Position numbers and translations under genes: made by a program. Positions 45,465 to 56,319 of a stretch of 64,000 nt of DNA are shown here, in pieces. This stretch comes from Verrucomicrobiota bacterium. Lineage in GTDB: Bacteria; Verrucomicrobiota; Verrucomicrobiia; Opitutales; Coraliomargaritaceae. Within the stretch, counting starts at the first letter, position 1. Each line of letters starts with the position of its first letter. The stretch is from positions 1 through 64,000 of the forward strand of contig JBCBZJ010000013.1 of assembly GCA_039815375.1 (NCBI GenBank), read 5' to 3'. A model generated the notes under the pieces. That model was given only the letters and a program-made list of their open reading frames with translations. It was not told the DNA's origin and did not search any database.

Positions 45465-45709
45465 TGCGTGGGCTTGCTGCCCCTCCTGGTCAGTGAGCGA
45501 TTGGCCGGGATTTCTCGTTCGTCTGCCCTAATTGCAGATTTAGAGCACGAGTCATGAAATCTGGCTTCATTCCGCAGAATTGGAATGGGCCCACCGCGAT
45601 CCTACCGATCGCATCCTCGCTGCCACCGCTTTGCGTTTTGAAGTGCATGTCCTGATGAAAAGACCGCGTCTTTCATCAACCCGACTCCCCGGTCGAGGCG
45701 GTTTGGTAG
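45465..45709 (+). pseudogene. Degraded VapC/PIN toxin (C-terminal part)
   Basis: ...RLP*LQI*STSHEIWLHSAELEWAHRDPTDRILAATA...K/DRVFH...VW*; two in-frame stops, a frameshift, N-terminal DT motif absent. Confidence 0.7.
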
Positions 45710-45715
45710 ATAGAC

Positions 45716-45852
45716 AAAAGAAAGCCCCGCATTGCTGCGGGGCTTAAAAGAAGCACTTTTGATCTGGACGTTCCCGCCTAACGAGAAGCTAGACTGTTAT
45801 TTCAGTAGCCAATTTGATACTTCAAACTTTGTCTTGATTCCAATTAAGACAA
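45716..45852 (-). ncRNA. tracrRNA (5' end approximate)
   Basis: Anti-repeat 45827-45843 matches the repeat at 16/17; on the minus strand it is followed by several short hairpins and a terminator AAGCCCCGC/GCGGGGCTT-TCTTTT; TTGACT (-35-like) at 45885-45880. Confidence 0.85.
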
Positions 45853-45905
45853 GGTAAGTTTTTTTGTTGCAGGCGCCAGAGTCAAGTATTAATTACTAAC
45901 TTAAA

Positions 45906-48900
45906 ATGAGTTTTTTGTTTGGCTTTGATGTCGGACGCTCATCGATTGGTTGGAGTGTCCTTTCTGTAAATAAAAAATTTGATACGAACCCCCAGATTTT
46001 AGGTTGCGGGTCCGTGATCTTCCCTGCGGATGATTGTCTGGCTTCCAGGAGACATGCTTACCGTAGAACGAGGCGCAATATCCGCGCAACTCGCCAGAGA
46101 ATTTCCCGGATCAAGCAACTCTTTGAGCATTTGGGTGTGTTGAAGCGTCAAGAATTGGATGCGATTGGACATCCTGCCCCGCATGCCCTGGCTGCGCGCG
46201 CATTACTTGCCGATAAGCCTGTTCTTGGCTGGTTGGAATTATGGCACGTGCTTCGATGGTATGCCCATAATCGCGGCTATGACGGAAATGCAAGGTGGGC
46301 ACGGCATGAAGCAGACGAGGAGGACACTAAAAAAGAAAAGGCTGCCTATGAGCTCATGCGTAAACATGGCACTGAGGATAAAAGTATGGCTGAAACCATT
46401 TGTGCAGTTCTCGGAATTGATCCTTTGTCCGAGAAGATTTCTTCTGCAAAACCCTATAAGAATCTGAATGTGTCTTTTCCTAGAGGTATTGTTCGCAAAG
46501 AGGTACGCGAAATTCTGGATAAACATATAGGCCACTTGCCGAATTTAAATTCGGCATTTGTGAAGACCTTGGTTGGGGGAAAAGGTGATTCGGAGCATCG
46601 TGCGTGGGAGACGATTCCTGTTCCCAATTTGCACCTTCCAAGGCGATACTATGGCGGTTTGCTTTTTGGTCAGCTGGTGCCGCGTTTCGATAACCGCATA
46701 ATCGGGCGGTGTCCCATTTCTGGCGAAAAGGTTCCGGATAAGGCGACTAGAGAGTTTCTCGATTATCGTTGGGCAATGATTCTGGCGAATCTCCGCATAG
46801 AAGGAAAACCGCTTTCGGCAGAGCAACGCCAGATGCTACACGAGAGAATGAAGAGAGAGGGCATGATGAGCCCTACGGAACTTCGAAAAGTATTGGAGGA
46901 ACTATCGGGCTCAGAAGACAATAATGTGAGTGCGTTCTTTGAGCTGAATCCCTATAGTAAGGAAGCGTTAGTGTATGATCCTGCGCTGGCACTGTACAAT
47001 GGGCATGGTGCCGGGTCGGATAAGATTAAGCCTTATTGGAAATGCCTGCCGGAGGTTGTGCGCAAAAGGGCTCTCGGGCGCTGGAAGAAGGGACGAGTTG
47101 TTCACTTGGCTTGGATGCTGGACCAATGCGAAAAATCAGGTGAGGGTGCTTCGGAACTCCAGAAGGTTATAGATAAGGCGTTTGCCAAGGACCAAAAAAA
47201 GAAGAAAGGGCAATTTTTAACTAAAGAGCATCTACTGAATCTTTCGTTTGCTCCAGAGGATTTGTCCGGTCGAGCACCCTATGCACGTTGGGTTATGCGA
47301 GATGTCTTGGAGTTTGTTCTCTCTACAAATCGGCATCCGTCAGAAGCCGAAACAGAAGAATTGTCTGCGGGGCCAATATACCGGTCTAAAGATATAAAGT
47401 CCGCTGAGCGTGAAGTCGAAATCACTGAGCTGACAAATAACCATCTGATTCGGCAGCGACTCGATATTCTCCTCCGGCTCGTGGATGATATGCTGCTAGA
47501 TTATGCGGCAAGCGATACGCGCGCAGTTTCGGATATAGTTGTTGAGGTTGCGTCGGATTTGCAGACCTACTCGGGTTTGACTTCCAAAGAGATACAGGGA
47601 GAGCTGGCCAAGCGCCTTTCGCATTTCAAGTCGGCGGTCGAAAAATTGACCCGAGATGCGCCTCATCTATCCGTGACCGGTTCATTGATACGCAAATGTC
47701 GTATTGCAATGGATTTAAATTGGACCTGCCCGTTTACACTGAAGACGTATGAGGTGCATCAACTTGAGTGGATGGAACGTGAGCATATTATTCCTTATGC
47801 GGATCGACCGACAAATGCTCTGGATGCGCTGGTGCTTACTTTTCCCGAGGTCAACCGGATGAAAGGGAAGCGCCTGGCTTTTAAATTCGTCGAAGAATTC
47901 CAATCGATGCAGGTTTCCGGCAAACCGGAGTTATCGATATGCAGCTTAAGAAAGTATCTGGATTTTGTAGAAACCCTGAAACTAAGAGTCCCTCGGAAGA
48001 GGACACATCCGGAGGACTATAAAAGGCAGTCGAGTCGCATCAAATTGCTCAAGCTTGAGCAATTTGATTCTCGGGATCAGTCCTTTGCTCCAGGTGCGTT
48101 AACCCAGACTTCGCATTTGAATCGTTTGTCAGCACGACAATTGGAGAAGCGTTTCATTGATACTGAAACAAAAGAGCCAACGGTTAGAATACACTCTGTT
48201 CCGGGTAAAGTAACTGCAGAGACAAGAAAGTCATGGCATTTGCTCGGCACGCTGGCTCGGGCCTGTCCCGAGATTCTTAACGATGACAATAGGCCGAAGA
48301 ATAAAACTGAGATACGTGAGATCACTCATTTACATCATGCCCTCGATGCTGCGGTTTTAGGGCTAACGCATTTTTATTTGCCTGGGACACTTCCCGGACA
48401 AATAGAGAATGAAAAAGGTTCAATTTGGCGTGCCATGCTTAAGCGAAACAAGAATCAGGATGAGCAAAACCTGCTTCTGTCGACCGGCATGTTTAAGTCT
48501 CATTACAGGAAAGATAAGCAGGGTAATGTCGAGTTGAATGAAAAGGGCGAGAAGCAGCTCGACGTGCATCTCTGCGATATTCCCAAAGAGGTGAAGAATA
48601 ACTTGTTTCTGCGTCTGGCCGAGAAGCGGGTTGTCCAGCATATTCCAGCAGATCAGTCCGGCTCCGCTTTGGAAGAAACAACTTGGCGTTATCTCTGCGA
48701 CTTTGAAGGGCAAGCTTTGTTGCTGCAGAAAATCGGTCGTGACAACTTGAAGCAGGATCCCTGTAAATCCGGTTGGGGTTGGGAAGATATTGAGCGTTCT
48801 GGAAGGCAAAATAAAAAGTTAGAGGAGATCCTCGCCGACACGGTAGTCAGTGATTCGCTGAAGCGAAATCAGATAAAGTCTTCTTTGATTCGGCGTGGTC

Positions 48901-49328
48901 TGATCAAGTATTCTTTAGAATTCAAGCACTCACTTGTTGGATTGGAGAGTGGCGTACTAAAGGGCCTCCAGGCGGTTCGTGTTATTGAGTCCAACTACGG
49001 AATCGTTTTAGGAAAAAATCCCAGAATTATTCCATTTCACAAAGTCCCTGAGGAACTGAAGCAAATTCGGAAACAAAATAACGGAAAATTGCCTGATTTG
49101 ATTCGTAAAGGCTCTCTAATCACAGTTTGCGGTGGCACTTGGAAAGGGTATTGGCGGGTGATTTCTGTGAAGCACAGTAAGGCTTATGGGGTATCTGTAG
49201 ACCTAGTCCATCCACATTATGTCAAACTCGGAAAAGGTAATGCTAAAATACCGGACATGATAAGGGAGGGGCTAATCGTCCATAAATGCAAGCTGACCGG
49301 GATGTGCGACATAGCGTCTGATTTGTGA
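45906..49328 (+). CDS. cas9: Type II-C Cas9 (1140 aa)
   Basis: RuvC-I FGFDVGRSSIGW, Arg-rich bridge helix, HNRGY, RuvC-II IVVEV, HNH EHIIP...VNRMKG, RuvC-III HHALDA; adjacent tracrRNA and array. Confidence 0.96.
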   Translation: MSFLFGFDVGRSSIGWSVLSVNKKFDTNPQILGCGSVIFPADDCLASRRHAYRRTRRNIRATRQRISRIKQLFEHLGVLKRQELDAIGHPAPHALAARALLADKPVLGWLELWHVLRWYAHNRGYDGNARWARHEADEEDTKKEKAAYELMRKHGTEDKSMAETICAVLGIDPLSEKISSAKPYKNLNVSFPRGIVRKEVREILDKHIGHLPNLNSAFVKTLVGGKGDSEHRAWETIPVPNLHLPRRYYGGLLFGQLVPRFDNRIIGRCPISGEKVPDKATREFLDYRWAMILANLRIEGKPLSAEQRQMLHERMKREGMMSPTELRKVLEELSGSEDNNVSAFFELNPYSKEALVYDPALALYNGHGAGSDKIKPYWKCLPEVVRKRALGRWKKGRVVHLAWMLDQCEKSGEGASELQKVIDKAFAKDQKKKKGQFLTKEHLLNLSFAPEDLSGRAPYARWVMRDVLEFVLSTNRHPSEAETEELSAGPIYRSKDIKSAEREVEITELTNNHLIRQRLDILLRLVDDMLLDYAASDTRAVSDIVVEVASDLQTYSGLTSKEIQGELAKRLSHFKSAVEKLTRDAPHLSVTGSLIRKCRIAMDLNWTCPFTLKTYEVHQLEWMEREHIIPYADRPTNALDALVLTFPEVNRMKGKRLAFKFVEEFQSMQVSGKPELSICSLRKYLDFVETLKLRVPRKRTHPEDYKRQSSRIKLLKLEQFDSRDQSFAPGALTQTSHLNRLSARQLEKRFIDTETKEPTVRIHSVPGKVTAETRKSWHLLGTLARACPEILNDDNRPKNKTEIREITHLHHALDAAVLGLTHFYLPGTLPGQIENEKGSIWRAMLKRNKNQDEQNLLLSTGMFKSHYRKDKQGNVELNEKGEKQLDVHLCDIPKEVKNNLFLRLAEKRVVQHIPADQSGSALEETTWRYLCDFEGQALLLQKIGRDNLKQDPCKSGWGWEDIERSGRQNKKLEEILADTVVSDSLKRNQIKSSLIRRGLIKYSLEFKHSLVGLESGVLKGLQAVRVIESNYGIVLGKNPRIIPFHKVPEELKQIRKQNNGKLPDLIRKGSLITVCGGTWKGYWRVISVKHSKAYGVSVDLVHPHYVKLGKGNAKIPDMIREGLIVHKCKLTGMCDIASDL

Positions 49329-49344
49329 TCAAGCAGCCATGTAA

Positions 49345-49422
49345 CGCAGCATCGTTATTTATGGAAAGCCGGCACAGGAAATCAAACCCAAGGCCATTCC
49401 CGGACAGATCGAATTCTGGTAG
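49345..49422 (+). pseudogene. Probable 3' remnant of cas2
   Basis: Reads RSIVIYGKPAQEIKPKAIPGQIEFW*, resembling the GK...P.Q(L/I)EF tail of type II Cas2, exactly where cas2 would end. Confidence 0.5.
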
Positions 49423-49450
49423 TTCCCTAAGCCTCAGTGGCTTAGGGAAC
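49422..49450. promoter_or_regulatory. Perfect 12-bp hairpin abutting the array (leader element or terminator for pre-crRNA/cas mRNA)
   Basis: GTTCCCTAAGCC-TCAGT-GGCTTAGGGAAC, 3 bp from repeat 1. Confidence 0.6.
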
Positions 49451-49453
49451 CAG

Positions 49454-49951
49454 ATGCTGCCCGTCTAAGATTTGGAATCAAGGCAAAGCCGGAACGAGGT
49501 TTAAGCCAGGCCACTCGCAATGCTGCCCGTCTAAGATTTGGAATCAAGGCAAAGCTGCTATAGATGTTCTTAGGGCTTCAATTGGATGCTGCCCGTCTAA
49601 GATTTGGAATCAAGGCAAAGCAGTTAGCAAAGCCATGCGAACCTTCAGTAGATGCTGCCCGTCTAAGATTTGGAATCAAGGCAAAGCAGGGTCTTCGCGT
49701 TGGTCGCTTGTAAAGGTATGCTGCCCGTCTAAGATTTGGAATCAAGGCAAAGCTTTTAACTCTGACTATGTCCCTTAGCCTGAGTGCTGTCTGTCTAAGA
49801 TTTGGAATCAAGGCAAAGCCTCACCTTTCCCATTACTGTCCAGAGGAGCGGATCGTCTATTTAAGATTTGGAATTAAGGCAAAGCTTCCTATGTCAACTG
49901 AAGAAAGCGTTTAATAGATTAGCTTTATAAGATTTGAAATCAAGCCAAATC
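49454..49951 (-). CRISPR. Type II-C CRISPR array: 8 x 36-bp repeats, 7 x 30-bp spacers
   Basis: Plus-strand repeat ATGCTGCCCGTCTAAGATTTGGAATCAAGGCAAAGC at 49454, 49520, 49586, 49652, 49718 (identical) and 49784, 49850, 49916 (increasingly degenerate); 66-bp period; minus-strand orientation inferred from tracrRNA complementarity. Confidence 0.97.
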
Positions 49952-49979
49952 TGATTGCTCAAGAGAACGCCCAATCTGC

Positions 49980-51608
<1,629 letters not shown>

Positions 51609-51740
51609 TGAGAAGAAGTCGGAAGTAAGGAGTGAAAATTCAGGAGGCGATGGTGATGTGTTGGTTGTCCAAATCGTAATCGTAGTGGTCGACCTCGTTC
51701 CGAAAGCGGCAGGATTGAAGGGGCTGTTTGACAGATGGCA

Positions 51741-51768
51741 AAGAAAAAGCCCAGCGAAAGGCTGGGCT
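51741..51768 (-). terminator. Intrinsic terminator after the EF-hand gene
   Basis: AGCCCAGC/GCTGGGCT stem with an adjacent A-run. Confidence 0.7.
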
Positions 51769-51792
51769 GATGGAGGCGGAGCTATTAACAGA

Positions 51793-52248
51793 TCAGCTGT
51801 CGGAGGCGCTTTGGCGACGCTGCCCCATTTTCTTTCGCAGTGTTTGTAGCTCTTCGCGATCAAGCTCACCGTCTCCGTTGCCGTCAATGCGTTCGAAGTT
51901 ATCAACCAGTTTGTCGGCACCAGCATCAACTGCTTCGTCGTAGGAAATAGCACCATTGCCATCCGCATCGATGCTTTGGCGCTGGGCGCGGCGATCTTCC
52001 ATACGGCTTTTGTAGTGTTCGCGCAGTTCTTCTTTAGTAAGATCGCTGCTACCGTCAGTGTCGATCTCATTGAAGTTATCAACCAGTTTGTCGGCACCGG
52101 CGTCCTCCGCTTCTTCGAGCGAAATGACTTCGTCGCCGTTGCTGTCGATTTTAGCTAAGCTCATTCCGGGCTTTTTGGGTTTTGCGTGGACAAAAGCCGG
52201 GATGATGAGTGCTGCCAGGAGGCAAGGGAGTATGTTTTTGTATTTCAT
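51793..52248 (-). CDS. Secreted EF-hand Ca-binding protein (internally duplicated)
   Basis: Signal peptide; four DxxGxG-type loops; DAGADKLVDNF occurs twice. Confidence 0.85.
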   Translation of the reverse strand: MKYKNILPCLLAALIIPAFVHAKPKKPGMSLAKIDSNGDEVISLEEAEDAGADKLVDNFNEIDTDGSSDLTKEELREHYKSRMEDRRAQRQSIDADGNGAISYDEAVDAGADKLVDNFERIDGNGDGELDREELQTLRKKMGQRRQSASDS

Positions 52249-52438
52249 GGTTCGATTCGATTTTGAGTGATGCAGCGGATTGATGACTGCTTAATCCTCG
52301 AATCGTCATTGTGAGCAAATAGTTTCACGCTTTGTCGGGTCCTGGTGGTGTTGGCTGATTGAGTAAATTCTTGAGCTTTTCCGATGTGATTGGAGTATTT
52401 CTTTGTTATTCTCACTTTTTCGTCTATCTGTTCGCGAC

Positions 52439-53434
52439 GTGTTAGATCAAGAAACCACTAGTTTTATTAATCGTCTGCCGAAAACGGAGACGCATTTGCA
52501 CATCGAAGGCTCGCTTCCTTATGAATTGTTGCAGCGGCTGGACCCGGTGAAGTTTGCCGAGCCTCAAGCCTGTTGGGCACCCGACTTCAAGTGGGCCTGT
52601 TTTGAGGATTTCGAAAACCACCTTCTGGAGCACGCTCTGCAATGGTTTACTTCTGCAGAAAACTACCATGAAGCCGCGAAGCTAATTTTTCAGAAACACC
52701 TTGAGCAGAACGTTCGCTATGTGGAGACATCATTCCATGCAGGTGTGATTGAGTTTCTCAAGATACCGGGGCCTGTTATTCTGGATGCGATCCGAAGTGC
52801 CGCTCCCGAGGGTCTGGAGGTTCGGGTCTTTATGGGCATGGCGCGTAATTGCTATAATGAGGTGCTTGCACCGGTCGTTGAAGACTGCGTCAACTGGGAA
52901 GGTTTGGCTGGTATCGATCTACACGGTATCGAGTACTTGCAGCTGGAGGAGTGGACGCCGAAGCTCTGGGCCAAAGCTCGGGATGCCGGCCTTGAGACAA
53001 AAGCGCACGCCGGTGAATTTGGGCCCTCCGGGCACGTTCGCGAGGCGATCGAGGTTCTCGGCAGCCGTCGTATTCAACACGGCATCCGTGCGGTGGATGA
53101 TCCCGAAGTACTTCAGCTCGCGATCGATGCCGATGCCACTTTCGATGTTTGTCCGATTAGCAATGTTAAGCTCGATGTGATCGATACGATGGCGGCCCAT
53201 CCGATCCGTGAATTCTTTGACCGTGGTTTACGCTGCACGGTGAGTACGGATGATCCCTTCTCATTCGGCAACACAGTCGAAGATGAGTATCGTGCCCTTG
53301 CGGCCGATCTCGACTTCACATGCGGTGAGCTGGGTCAGATTGCGAAGAATGGCTTTGAGGTGGCTCTCGTCGATGCGGCGACCCGGGCTGAGTGGCTTGC
53401 AGAGGTGGATGCGATTCTTTCTACATCGACATGA
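52439..53434 (+). CDS. add: Adenosine/adenine deaminase family protein
   Basis: [32 protein letters not shown]. Confidence 0.88.
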   Translation: MLDQETTSFINRLPKTETHLHIEGSLPYELLQRLDPVKFAEPQACWAPDFKWACFEDFENHLLEHALQWFTSAENYHEAAKLIFQKHLEQNVRYVETSFHAGVIEFLKIPGPVILDAIRSAAPEGLEVRVFMGMARNCYNEVLAPVVEDCVNWEGLAGIDLHGIEYLQLEEWTPKLWAKARDAGLETKAHAGEFGPSGHVREAIEVLGSRRIQHGIRAVDDPEVLQLAIDADATFDVCPISNVKLDVIDTMAAHPIREFFDRGLRCTVSTDDPFSFGNTVEDEYRALAADLDFTCGELGQIAKNGFEVALVDAATRAEWLAEVDAILSTST

Positions 53435-53464
53435 AAAAACCCTTCCGACTATGGAAGGGTTTTT
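53435..53464. terminator. Bidirectional terminator
   Basis: AAAAACCCTTCC-GACTAT-GGAAGGGTTTTT between convergent genes. Confidence 0.8.
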
Positions 53465-53488
53465 GAAAAATTAATATGACCGTGCGGC

Positions 53489-53647
53489 TTATTCTTCCGG
53501 CTTGGTCTTCTTTAGACCAACGACACGGTTGCCTTCTGCCCACTCTCCACGCTTACGGAGAAGGTCAATACGCTCGAAGCGTTTGAGGACTGTGCGGTTT
53601 TTTTTGCCACCGCCACCGGAGGCCTTGAAACTATTGTGTTGGGACAT
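53489..53647 (-). CDS. PVC-superphylum 'small basic protein' (52 aa; below the ORF-track cutoff)
   Basis: Own translation MSQHNSFKASGGGGKKNRTVLKRFERIDLLRKRGEWAEGNRVVGLKKTKPEE; AAGGAG RBS upstream. Confidence 0.85.
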   Translation of the reverse strand: MSQHNSFKASGGGGKKNRTVLKRFERIDLLRKRGEWAEGNRVVGLKKTKPEE

Positions 53648-53780
53648 GCTGTGACTCCTTGTTAAAAGTGAAAGCGGGGGAATAAATGGGGCATATTCGT
53701 AAAGATCAAGGGTTATTTCGGGCTATTGATCCACATTTCGCAGGCTTTACAGGCTTCGGTAGAGCGGGCAATCAAGAGGG

Positions 53781-54167
53781 ATGACATACCTCTTTGTAGC
53801 CTTAGGATGTGCGCTTGGCGGGATTTGTCGCTACTGGAGCGCTATGTTGATGGAGCGTTGGCTGGGCGACGCTTTTCCCTGGGGCACGCTATTGGTCAAT
53901 ATCGTTGGTAGCTTTCTTTTAGGGGCTACTCTGGGCGCTGGTATCAGTTTCGCTGAGGGTGTTCTGAATTTTCAAAGATTACATGCTTTTTTGGTTTTTG
54001 GCTTCTGTGGTGGTCTGACGACGTTCTCAACTTTCAGCCTGCAGAATTTGAGCCTACTCTCACGGCACGCGATTCTCCCGCTCGCTCTGAATATTTGCTT
54101 AAGCGTCGGGTTATGCCTGATTGCGGGGGCCGGAGGCTATTCCCTGATGGAAAGGTGGACCGCTTGA
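53781..54167 (+). CDS. crcB: Fluoride channel Fluc/CrcB (copy 1)
   Basis: GCALGG.CRY, FPWGTLLVN, GFCGGLTTFSTF. Confidence 0.9.
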   Translation: MTYLFVALGCALGGICRYWSAMLMERWLGDAFPWGTLLVNIVGSFLLGATLGAGISFAEGVLNFQRLHAFLVFGFCGGLTTFSTFSLQNLSLLSRHAILPLALNICLSVGLCLIAGAGGYSLMERWTA

Positions 54168-54562
54168 TACAACTGCTTTGGATTGCTCTCGGTAGTGCCC
54201 TTGGTGGCACGCTACGCTTTGTGCTCGATCAGCTCGTTCCGGTTATGGGCGGTTTTCCGGTAGCCACTTTCGCGGTGAATCTGAGTGGTTCACTTCTCAT
54301 CGGCTATCTCGCCGGCCTTTGGACCCGCGGGAAAGCCGCTGCACCGCACCCGTATAAGTGGCATTTTTGGATTACCGGAATCTGCGGCGGCTACACTACT
54401 TTTTCGGCCTTCAGTTGGCAGGTGCTTGAGCTCATCAATCTAGGAGAAGCTCAAGTAGCCGCGGTATACGCTGCCGGCAGTATCATCTCAGGCCTTTGTG
54501 CCGTTGCTATCGGGCTGAGTCTTGCGAGAATGGGTATTAAAGAAAAATCTCATGAATCCTGA
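54164..54562 (+). CDS. crcB: Fluoride channel Fluc/CrcB (copy 2)
   Basis: [34 protein letters not shown] start overlaps the previous stop. Confidence 0.88.
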   Translation: MIQLLWIALGSALGGTLRFVLDQLVPVMGGFPVATFAVNLSGSLLIGYLAGLWTRGKAAAPHPYKWHFWITGICGGYTTFSAFSWQVLELINLGEAQVAAVYAAGSIISGLCAVAIGLSLARMGIKEKSHES

Positions 54563-55457
54563 TGCGCCCATAAGTTATTATAACCCCAGCAGTGAAAAGA
54601 TCGAAGTGGAGGCAGTCTACGGTGAGAACTTTCTACGCTGGGCCTATGGTAACACGGTCGGTCTGTTTACAGTTGAGCTGGCCGTCAAGCGGGCATGGTT
54701 CTCTCGTTGGTATGGCTGGAAAATGAGCCAGCGATCGAGTTGCGAGAAGATTGCACCTTTCGTTGAAGACTACGGCTTGGATAGCGCCGAGTTTGCAAGC
54801 CCGGTTGAGAGCTTTCAGAGCTTCAACGCGTTTTTTTATCGAAAACTCAAGCCGGAGGCTCGGCCGATCGACTTGGATCCAGCCACTGCGGTTTTCCCTG
54901 CCGATGGGCGCCATCTGGCAATTCCTGAGATTGATGTGGCCCGCATCTTTTACATCAAAGGCCAGCGCTTCGATTTGAGTTCCTTCCTGGCAGACGACAA
55001 GTTAGCCAGTCAATTTGCCGGCGGTTCGATGCTCATCTCGCGCCTCTGTCCAGTCGACTACCACCGCTATCATTTTCCCGTCTTCGGAGTCGCGGAATCA
55101 CCGACCTTGATCAATGGTCCGCTCTATTCGGTCAATCCGCTTGCTCTGCGGCGCAATCTTTCAATTTTCTGGCAGAATAAGCGCATGCGAACAGTCATTG
55201 AATCACCCGAGTTCGGTAAAGTCGTGATGATGGAAATCGGTGCGACTTGCGTTGGCTCAATATATTCCACTTACCAGCCCGGAGTGGTTCAAAAGGGAGA
55301 GGAGAAAGGTTATTTCGCCTTTGGCGGCTCCTGTGTGGTCACATTGTTTCAGGCAGGCTCTCTTCGATTCAATGGGTTGCTTCTGGAGCATTCAGCTCAA
55401 GCGCGTGAAGTGTATTCACGAATGGGTGAGTCCGCTGGGGTTGCTACTTCGCAATGA
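54552..55457 (+). CDS. psd: Phosphatidylserine decarboxylase proenzyme
   Basis: [38 protein letters not shown] self-cleavage motif. Confidence 0.9.
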   Translation: MNPDAPISYYNPSSEKIEVEAVYGENFLRWAYGNTVGLFTVELAVKRAWFSRWYGWKMSQRSSCEKIAPFVEDYGLDSAEFASPVESFQSFNAFFYRKLKPEARPIDLDPATAVFPADGRHLAIPEIDVARIFYIKGQRFDLSSFLADDKLASQFAGGSMLISRLCPVDYHRYHFPVFGVAESPTLINGPLYSVNPLALRRNLSIFWQNKRMRTVIESPEFGKVVMMEIGATCVGSIYSTYQPGVVQKGEEKGYFAFGGSCVVTLFQAGSLRFNGLLLEHSAQAREVYSRMGESAGVATSQ

Positions 55458-56316
55458 TACCGGCGCGTGCTGCGGCAAAGAGGTATTGCTGGGCGAGGCC
55501 GGCGGAAGTGCCGAAGTGAGCGTGGGCGAATTCGAGAAGCTGCCCGGTTTTCCAATCGTTCAGACCGTAGGCACGGCTGAGAATTTTCTGCACCCATGTG
55601 TCGATGGGGAAGGCCTCGAGGCGAGCGGCACCGAACAGCAGCACGCAGTCGGCGATCTTCCGACCGACTCCCGGCAGCTGCATGAGCAAATCGCGGGCAT
55701 CTTCTGTCGAAGAGGCCTCGATCTTTTCCAGATAGTTGGGGTGATCTGCCAAAAATAGTGCGGTCTGATGAATGTATTTGGCGCGATAGCCTAGCTTTGC
55801 TGCCCGCAAGCGCGTTTCGCCAACTTCGGCGATTCGCCGCCACGAAGGCAGGGCCTTTGAGCCATCAGCCAGTGTTTCACCGAGATCGTCAGCAATGGCT
55901 TCGCAAATCGCCTTGATTTGAGGGATCTGTTTGGTCGAGCTGCAGAGGAAACAAAAGAGTGTCTCGTCGAGTGGTTGACGAAGAATACGCAGGCCCGGGA
56001 AGGCTTCGATGGCTGTTTTGAGGATGGGATCGCTCCGCCAGGGCAGGGCGTCTGTAAGTGCTTCGAAGTCGGACTCAGTCGCGAGGTAGTGGTTAAGAGC
56101 TTCTACTGCTTGCGCCGATTCGATTTCCTTGGGCGCGGCAAACTCGATAGAGCTTTTATTAATTCGCAGTCGAAGAACGTTCCCGCCCCATCGACCTTCG
56201 AAGAAATCGGTCTTTTCGTTCCAGCGGAAGGTCTGCCCGCCATCGAGTATCTCAGCCAGCGTGCGTTTGTTGAACTTTGGCCCATCCGGCCATGTCTGCC
56301 ATTGTGTAAAGGCCAA
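55444..56316 (-). CDS. 8-oxoguanine DNA glycosylase (OGG1/HhH-GPD family)
   Basis: [50 protein letters not shown]. Confidence 0.88.
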   Translation of the reverse strand: MAFTQWQTWPDGPKFNKRTLAEILDGGQTFRWNEKTDFFEGRWGGNVLRLRINKSSIEFAAPKEIESAQAVEALNHYLATESDFEALTDALPWRSDPILKTAIEAFPGLRILRQPLDETLFCFLCSSTKQIPQIKAICEAIADDLGETLADGSKALPSWRRIAEVGETRLRAAKLGYRAKYIHQTALFLADHPNYLEKIEASSTEDARDLLMQLPGVGRKIADCVLLFGAARLEAFPIDTWVQKILSRAYGLNDWKTGQLLEFAHAHFGTSAGLAQQYLFAAARAGIIAK

Positions 56317-56319
56317 GGC

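Noticed and set aside
45906..49328. Cas9 as catalytically dead because the middle HNH Asn is replaced (ALVLT)
   Set aside because: The catalytic His and distal Asn and all RuvC residues are present; as I recall, this substitution also occurs in related verrucomicrobial Cas9s
49578..49811. Repetitive ORF across the CRISPR array
   Set aside because: Artefact of the 66-bp (multiple of 3) repeat period
51609..52097. 162-aa N-terminal extension of the ABC-F ORF
   Set aside because: Overlaps the EF-hand gene in another frame and crosses its terminator; the ABC domain starts at 51608
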